From the NCBI GenBank assembly GCA_017431405.1, contig JAFRLB010000077.1:21515-85514 (forward strand): a stretch of DNA of 64,000 nucleotides, given 5' to 3'. The notes under the pieces were generated by a model that saw only the letters and a list, made by a program, of their open reading frames with translations, made no database searches and was not told where the DNA came from. The position numbers were made by a program, and so were the translations under genes. Source of the DNA: Erysipelotrichaceae bacterium. GTDB lineage: Bacteria; Bacillota_I; Bacilli_A; Erysipelotrichales; Erysipelotrichaceae. This document shows positions 58,604-64,000 of the stretch, in pieces. Position 1 is the first letter of the stretch, and each line of letters starts with the position of its first letter.

Positions 58604-59101
58604 TTATAAATTTTTCAAAATGCTATCCAAGTTCACTTTGGCATCAGACGGAATTGTACGGGAGTCAACATTATCATTGCCAACCAGTTCAACGATTCTC
58701 TTCAAACAAACAATGTCGTCGTCATCGAAAATCATGCCCTTCCACAGTTGTTTCCCATCTTTTTTCTTCTGGGCGCCGCCAACATTAACTGTGCCGACAT
58801 TTTCCGGACCGATTCCCTCAATGAACTTAACTGTGTCACGCAAATTTTTGCATACGCCGAAAAGTTGCATGTCAGCAGTTTTTGGGTTTTTTACCAATTC
58901 GATTGCTTCATCAATAGTTCTGATGGCAATTTTCATGCCCTGAGGCTTTGCCAGCTTAACTGCCATTTTACCGATTTCATCATTTACCAATGCATCATTA
59001 GCAATAAGGATCGCATTTGGTGCAATGATGTTCAGCCATGACATAGCTACCTGTCCGTGAATCAATCTGTAATCAGTACGTAATACTTTAACTTTTGCCA
59101 T
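58604..59101 (-). CDS. PTS mannose family IIB component
   Basis: 165 aa. The phospho-His motif is LRTDYRLIHGQV. Confidence 0.85.
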   Translation of the reverse strand: MAKVKVLRTDYRLIHGQVAMSWLNIIAPNAILIANDALVNDEIGKMAVKLAKPQGMKIAIRTIDEAIELVKNPKTADMQLFGVCKNLRDTVKFIEGIGPENVGTVNVGGAQKKKDGKQLWKGMIFDDDDIVCLKRIVELVGNDNVDSRTIPSDAKVNLDSILKNL

Positions 59102-59147
59102 AAATGATTCCTCTCTTTCAAAGTATTATTATCTGTAATAGGTCCCC

Positions 59148-59879
59148 TTACCTATTATTTCTGATTTCATCTACGGTTATACCCAGAACAACCGGTGTTG
59201 ACTTAAAACCAATGCCCATTCTGTCTATACCCATATCTACCAATTCAAGGAAGTGCTCACGGGTACGTATTGCCCCGCTGCCCTTGATCTTGCATCTGCC
59301 CTTTGCCCCAGCCATCATAGCCTGGACAACTTCATTAGATGCACCTACTGATGGAGCGCCGGTGAAGAATCCGGTAGATGACTTAACAAAGTCAGCACCT
59401 GCTTCAGCAACCAGATCAGCACCTTTTTCTATCTGTTCAAGTGTTAATGAATCTGTTTCCAGGATGACTTTCAGTTCAGAGCCCATCTGATGACAGGCAT
59501 CCGCAACTTCCTTTACATCCTTCTGGAAGCGTTCATATTCACCACTTCTTAATAAGCCATAGTTAGAAACAACATCGATTTCATCAACCTTGCACTTATC
59601 AAGAACGATTCTCATCTGTTCAATCTTTGATTCTGTTGTACTGGTTCCAAACGGGAAGTCTACTACTACGCAGATCCCGGTATTTGTCCCCTTGGTCATT
59701 TCAATGGCGATGTCCAGATATGAAGGATTGATGCAAACGGTCTTGCAATTGAAGTCGATGCCTTCCTGGATATATCTCTTTACATCATCCTGGGTAAATT
59801 CTGGTTTTAATACTGACTGGTCAATGTATCTTCCTAATTCCTGCCATGTCATTTCACAAGCTTTTTTATCAGGTTTCAT
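59148..59879 (-). CDS. DeoC/LacD-family class I aldolase (second DeoC-like paralog)
   Basis: 243 aa. Motifs IDQSVLKPE, VCINPSY, and the Schiff-base Lys in ADFVKSSTGF. Confidence 0.8.
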   Translation of the reverse strand: MKPDKKACEMTWQELGRYIDQSVLKPEFTQDDVKRYIQEGIDFNCKTVCINPSYLDIAIEMTKGTNTGICVVVDFPFGTSTTESKIEQMRIVLDKCKVDEIDVVSNYGLLRSGEYERFQKDVKEVADACHQMGSELKVILETDSLTLEQIEKGADLVAEAGADFVKSSTGFFTGAPSVGASNEVVQAMMAGAKGRCKIKGSGAIRTREHFLELVDMGIDRMGIGFKSTPVVLGITVDEIRNNR

Positions 59880-59889
59880 TGTTCTCCCC

Positions 59890-60516
59890 CTATTCTTCGT
59901 CTACAAATTCACTTGCCACTTTCGGCATAATTACTATCTTGAATTCGCCATTTTCATAACGGAACTTTGTTATTGAACCGTTCGGGAAGATGTGCTTAGG
60001 GTCCCCGCCTAATACGTCTTCCATGGCTTTTAATACTCTGTTAATGAGAACTAAAGAGAAGTTACCGTGTGATACTAATAAGATATTGTCATTGTCGTTA
60101 GCTTCTTCAACATACTGATTTAAGGCTTCACGGCATCTGACTTCAATTTCATCACTGGTTTCACCACCAATGTCAGCCCAGCGTTCCTCTCTTTTTCTGG
60201 CCCAGAAATCATCGATGTCTATTGTCTTACCTGGCTTGCCATCATATAAGCCGAAATTCTTTTCTCTGATTCTGGTGTCCTGTTCCAGTTTTAAGTATGG
60301 ATGGTATTGTAAAACGATCTCAGCAGTTTCTATTGCTCTTGACAATGTGCTGGCGATCGCTCTGTTAAACTTGATATTCTTCAAAGATTCAGCAGCATCC
60401 TGAGCCTGTTGTTTACCATGCTCATTTAAGTCTGTAGGAGAAATACCACTAATGATGCCATTTGCGTTGGCAATAGTTTCACCGTGTCTTACCAAAAAGA
60501 AATTTACAGTCTTCAT
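59890..60516 (-). CDS. Histidine phosphatase family protein (phosphoglycerate mutase-like)
   Basis: Start trimmed to MKTVNFFLVRHGETIAN (RHG motif) after the RBS GGAG. Also has LLVSHGN. Confidence 0.8.
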   Translation of the reverse strand: MKTVNFFLVRHGETIANANGIISGISPTDLNEHGKQQAQDAAESLKNIKFNRAIASTLSRAIETAEIVLQYHPYLKLEQDTRIREKNFGLYDGKPGKTIDIDDFWARKREERWADIGGETSDEIEVRCREALNQYVEEANDNDNILLVSHGNFSLVLINRVLKAMEDVLGGDPKHIFPNGSITKFRYENGEFKIVIMPKVASEFVDEE

Positions 60517-60886
60517 AAATTTACTCCACAACCGTTTCAATCAATTTCCATATCACCCAAATGATTGCGGTTTTTAAAGATCTTTAGTGTTTACTACCCT
60601 TTTCAATTGTTAAAAACATCAATTTATATCGAATATTATTCGTTTTTTGCTTCTTTTTTTCACATTTAAAAGCTTTGTTGTCTATATTATTTCACCATTT
60701 TGCGTGTTTGTCTAGTTTTTCTAATCTTTTGTGACGCTTTTTGTTATTGTAACTAGCTCATTTGTTTACATTATTACCATGATACAACCATAAATTCAAC
60801 ATAATTGCATCATTGATGAATCACTGTGAAATATTTTAATCTATTTTGTTGCATTATCTATCAAAATATGCAAATATAAAGATGTA

Positions 60887-60985
60887 CTTTTATCTAGAGT
60901 TGCGGGAGAGAATTAGCTCTGTGAACGCACACCAACCTTTAGTCAATAAAAGGTGGTACTGCTAATACCGATGAAAGAGAAGAAA
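60887..60985 (+). promoter_or_regulatory. SAM-I (S-box) riboswitch
   Basis: CTTTTATCTAGAG..GGGAGAGAATTAGCTCTGTGAA..CCAACC-CTTT..AAAGG-TGGTACTGCTAATACC-GATGAAAGAG matches the S-box core with compensatory changes. Lies upstream of metK. Confidence 0.7.
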
Positions 60986-61016
60986 CATTAAAAGAAATAT
61001 TAGGATCTTCTCTTTT
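60974..61016 (+). terminator. Putative riboswitch terminator
   Basis: AAAGAGAAGA ... TCTTCTCTTT 10-bp stem ending in a U-run. Overlaps the 3' strand of P1. Confidence 0.5.
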
Positions 61017-61052
61017 AGGGAAGATTTTTGTTAAAAAGGAGGAGAAACTAAT

Positions 61053-62141
61053 ATGAAATCTTTTATGTTTACTAGTGAAAGTGTTACAGATGGACATCCT
61101 GATAAAGTATGTGACCAGATAGCTGATGCTATTTTAGATGAAGCAATTCGCCAGGATCCGGAATCACACATGGCTGTTGAAGCATCTATTAAAGATGAAT
61201 TAGTCATGATTTTCGGTGAAGCAAATACCAAGGCAACCTTAAACTTTGAAAAGATTGCCAAGGATGTAATCAAGGACATTGGATATGAAGAAGAGTACAG
61301 AGTAATAACCAAGGTTGGAGTACAGTCACCTGAAATCAATACAGCCGTTGCCAATAACGTTGTATCAGCCGGTGACCAGGGCATGATGTTCGGATATGCT
61401 TCAAATGAAACACCGGCATTAATGCCTGCTCCTATTTATTACGCACATTTATTATCAAAACGTCTTTCTGATTTTAAGAAGGAAGATAACAGAATCAAAC
61501 CCGACGGCAAGACTCAGGTAACTGTTGAGTATGAAGACGGCAAGGTAAAGAGAATCGAATGTATCGTAGTAAGTGCTCAGCATGATAAGAATCTTTCTCA
61601 TAAGGAATTAAAGGAACTGATCATGAAATATGTCATCAAGCCAACGCTTCCAGCAGAACTGCTTGATGAAAATACAAAATACTACATTAATCCATCCGGA
61701 TCATTCGCCATTGGCGGTTCCTGGGGCGATTCAGGAACAACCGGCAGAAAGATCATCGTTGATACCTATGGCGGCATGGGCAGAGTCGGCGGTGGCTGCT
61801 TCTCAAGTAAGGATCCTAGCAAGGTAGACAGAAGCGCTGCTTACTATTGCCGTTACGTAGCCAAGAACATTGTTGCTCATGGCTTAGCTGACAAGTGTGA
61901 AATTCAGGTTGCCTATGCCATCGGCATGAATGAACCATTATCTTTATACATTGATACATTCGGAACAAATCATGTTACTGAAGAAGACATTACAGCCTAC
62001 GTTAACAGAAACTTCGATTTCAAGGTTTCTAACATCATTGATGAACTTGATCTGAAGCGTCCTATCTACAGACAGACAACTAACTTCGGTCACTTTGGCC
62101 ACCCTGAGTCAAGCTGGGAACAGATTAAGGAAACAAAATAG
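61053..62141 (+). CDS. metK: S-adenosylmethionine synthase
   Basis: 362 aa. Motifs: FTSESVTDGHPDKVCDQIADAILD, GDQGMMFGYA, GRKIIVDTYGG, DPSKVDRSAAY. Confidence 0.95.
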   Translation: MKSFMFTSESVTDGHPDKVCDQIADAILDEAIRQDPESHMAVEASIKDELVMIFGEANTKATLNFEKIAKDVIKDIGYEEEYRVITKVGVQSPEINTAVANNVVSAGDQGMMFGYASNETPALMPAPIYYAHLLSKRLSDFKKEDNRIKPDGKTQVTVEYEDGKVKRIECIVVSAQHDKNLSHKELKELIMKYVIKPTLPAELLDENTKYYINPSGSFAIGGSWGDSGTTGRKIIVDTYGGMGRVGGGCFSSKDPSKVDRSAAYYCRYVAKNIVAHGLADKCEIQVAYAIGMNEPLSLYIDTFGTNHVTEEDITAYVNRNFDFKVSNIIDELDLKRPIYRQTTNFGHFGHPESSWEQIKETK

Positions 62142-62151
62142 GTAAACAAGT

Positions 62152-62928
62152 ATGATAGATGCTCTGAAATGTACATTCGTTTTATGGCTATATGGCCTGT
62201 TTGATACAACACTCAATTGCTGGGGCGTTTTTCAGAGACCATTAGTCGCCGGTACCTTAACGGGTCTTTTACTAGGTGACTTAAAAACCGGTGTCATGAT
62301 GGGAGCTACAATTGAGGGCATTTACATGGGTGTATCAAATGTTGGCGGCGCTGCCCCTTCCGAACCATGTTCAGCTACCATTATTTCAGTCGCCTTCTCA
62401 ATTCTGACTGGCGCTGATGTATCGGCCGGCATTGCTTTGGCAGTTCCAATCGGAACCCTGATGCAGCAGGTCAATAACATGTTCTTCCCTGTGTGGGGTT
62501 CATTAGCACCTTATTGGGAAAGACTTGCCAGCTCGGGTAATACAAAGAAATATAAGCTTCAGCTGTTGTTATTTGATGCCTTCATAGGCAGGTTACCAAG
62601 CTACATCATCATGTTCTTAAGTATTGCCTTCGGCATTGAAGGTTTACAGATAGTATTCTCAAAATTACCAGACTGGTTATTAAGAGGCTTGAGTGCTACA
62701 AGCAGCATGATGGCTGCCGTAGGCTTCGCTAATCTGATCAGAATAATCTGGTCAAATGAAATTGGCGCATTCTTCTTTGTAGGATATATATTCGCGAAGT
62801 ATCTGCATTTAGATACTTTACCTATCGCCATATTATTAGGCGTAGTCGCCATTTATACCTTCTACATTGAAAAGAGAAATATTGAAATGCCTGTTTTAGC
62901 AGAAAGTGAGGAGACTAAAGATGAGTAA
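62152..62928 (+). CDS. PTS mannose family IIC component (second locus)
   Basis: 258 aa polytopic protein, RPLVAGTLTGLLLGDLKTGVMMGATIEGIYMG. Starts 10 nt after the metK stop. Confidence 0.8.
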   Translation: MIDALKCTFVLWLYGLFDTTLNCWGVFQRPLVAGTLTGLLLGDLKTGVMMGATIEGIYMGVSNVGGAAPSEPCSATIISVAFSILTGADVSAGIALAVPIGTLMQQVNNMFFPVWGSLAPYWERLASSGNTKKYKLQLLLFDAFIGRLPSYIIMFLSIAFGIEGLQIVFSKLPDWLLRGLSATSSMMAAVGFANLIRIIWSNEIGAFFFVGYIFAKYLHLDTLPIAILLGVVAIYTFYIEKRNIEMPVLAESEETKDE

Positions 62929-63733
62929 CGCCTTGACTAAGGACGAGAAAAAAATCCTCCGTAACATGTACATCAATTCAAACTCCTGCTTCATATGCTT
63001 CAACATGGTAAAGATGGAAGGCAATGGTTTCTGTTTAACCATGGTACCTGCCATTAATGATGTCTATAAGGACAATGAAGAATTAAGAAAAGATGCTTTA
63101 AGAAGACATAACGGCTTCTTTAATACCCATGCCGTATTCGTTCCTTTAATTGCCGGCTTATGTTACGCAATGGAAAAGGAAAAGAAAAGCAGTGCCGTTG
63201 ATGCTGAAGTAATTGACAGTATCAAGGCAGCCTTGATGGGACCTACCGCAGCCATTGGTGACTCTTTCTTCTATAACTGTGTAAGAGTAATCGCCGCAGG
63301 TATCGGTATTGGCATTGCTTCAAGCGGCAACCCGCTTGGCGTAATTCTGTTCATCTTACTGTATGGCGGTTCACAGATGATCATCAGATGGGAATTATTG
63401 GTATTAGGCTATCAGACAGGTGGCAACTTCATTAAGCGACTGTTTGAAAACGGACTTATTGATATTCTTACCAAGTGTTCATCAATAGTTGGTATCGGCA
63501 TGGTTGGTGCCTTAGTTGCCCAATTAGTAAACGTACCGCTTAATCTTGTTATTAATGTCAGTGGCGCAGAAGTAAACTTCGGAGAGATCCTTGATTCGAT
63601 CTTCCCGGGCATATTGTCAATTGCCTTGGTATTCGGAATGGTTGGACTACTGAAGAAAGGCATGTCCCCTTCTTCACTAATCATCCTGTTAATGGTGGTA
63701 TCAATAGCCCTGGCATTCATTGGTGTTTTTTAA
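62921..63733 (+). CDS. PTS mannose family IID component (second locus)
   Basis: Start trimmed to MSNALTKDEKKILRNMY after the RBS GAGGAG. Confidence 0.8.
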   Translation: MSNALTKDEKKILRNMYINSNSCFICFNMVKMEGNGFCLTMVPAINDVYKDNEELRKDALRRHNGFFNTHAVFVPLIAGLCYAMEKEKKSSAVDAEVIDSIKAALMGPTAAIGDSFFYNCVRVIAAGIGIGIASSGNPLGVILFILLYGGSQMIIRWELLVLGYQTGGNFIKRLFENGLIDILTKCSSIVGIGMVGALVAQLVNVPLNLVINVSGAEVNFGEILDSIFPGILSIALVFGMVGLLKKGMSPSSLIILLMVVSIALAFIGVF

Positions 63734-63854
63734 AACAGTTAAAACCAAACTGTTAAATATCTATAGCTGGCCAGCATAGTTTAATTCATGAATTAAAAAA
63801 TCATTGGTTAAGTATGTATTTTCATTATGCATAAAACAACTGAGGGAGAATTTT

Positions 63855-64000
63855 ATGGAAATAATTAAACTGATACCGGCTTGTAAGGACTACCTCTGGG
63901 GAGGTACGAAATTAAAAACAGAATATAACAAGAAGACTGATCTGGAAAAACTGGCAGAGACCTGGGAAATATCTGTTCACCGTGACGGTGCTTCTCTGGT
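63855..64000 (+). CDS. manA: Mannose-6-phosphate isomerase class I, N-terminal fragment (runs off the window end)
   Basis: Manual translation gives MEIIKLIPACKDYLWGGTKLKTEYNKKTDLEKLAETWEISVHRDGASL. The WGG...E.WE.S.H pattern is typical of type I PMI. RBS GAGGGAG. Confidence 0.7.
   Translation, partial: MEIIKLIPACKDYLWGGTKLKTEYNKKTDLEKLAETWEISVHRDGASL

Noticed and set aside
58604-59101. The missing PTS IIA(Man) as evidence of a defective transporter.
   Set aside because: IIA may be encoded outside the window or shared between systems. Absence within 64 kb is not evidence of loss.
61031-61384. 117-aa minus-strand ORF overlapping the metK 5' region.
   Set aside because: It is antisense to a clearly conserved metK frame and overlaps the riboswitch terminator and RBS. 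It has no recognisable motifs.
63781-63796. Perfect 16-nt palindrome TTAATTCATGAATTAA upstream of manA (and GCTGGCCAGC at 63766..63775).
   Set aside because: A single AT-rich palindrome of this size is expected by chance a few times in 64 kb of AT-rich DNA. It does not recur and has no supporting context.

Overview
This is a low-GC Bacillota-type chromosomal segment, and almost all genes are on the minus strand. Gene order matches the classic Bacillus neighbourhoods: cvpA-mutS2 / rnhC, dnaG-sigA-trmK, phoH...ybeY-dgkA-cdd-era-recO-glyQS, and scpA-scpB-rluB-rsmE-mtaB.

From 1 to 34 kb the window is housekeeping backbone interrupted by accessory insertions:
- Three type II toxin-antitoxin-like modules. 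One is Phd-PIN with a translationally coupled orphan C39-like peptidase domain. One is Phd-RelE/ParE bracketed by a 75-bp direct repeat. One is an HTH / short HipA-like kinase pair.
- A tandem-glycine-riboswitch-controlled gcvT-gcvH-gcvPA-gcvPB-lplA-lpdA operon, wedged between phoH and ybeY.
- A second rpoD-like sigma factor just downstream of sigA. A zinc-ribbon, Thr/Asn-rich protein of unknown function is encoded between the two.

From 34.5 to 60.5 kb lies a carbohydrate island, whose core is the most unusual feature of the window. It holds one glycyl-radical activating enzyme, two NanE-family epimerase paralogs and four tandem, full-length, mosaic glycyl radical enzyme (GRE) paralogs. All four keep a Cys-x-Glu (FGCGE) loop and an RVSGFSA glycyl motif. 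The core is flanked by a mannose-family PTS (IIB/IIC/IID, no IIA), a DeoC-like aldolase, phosphatases, an Fe-S flavin enoate-reductase-like enzyme, a six-hairpin glycosidase, a NagA-like amidohydrolase, a DUF1593 protein and a DeoR regulator.

From 60.9 to 64 kb there is a SAM-I riboswitch and metK, directly abutted by orphan PTS IIC/IID genes, followed by the start of manA.

No rRNA, tRNA, CRISPR array, transposase or integrase was recognised. All calls come from by-eye motif recognition, with no database search.
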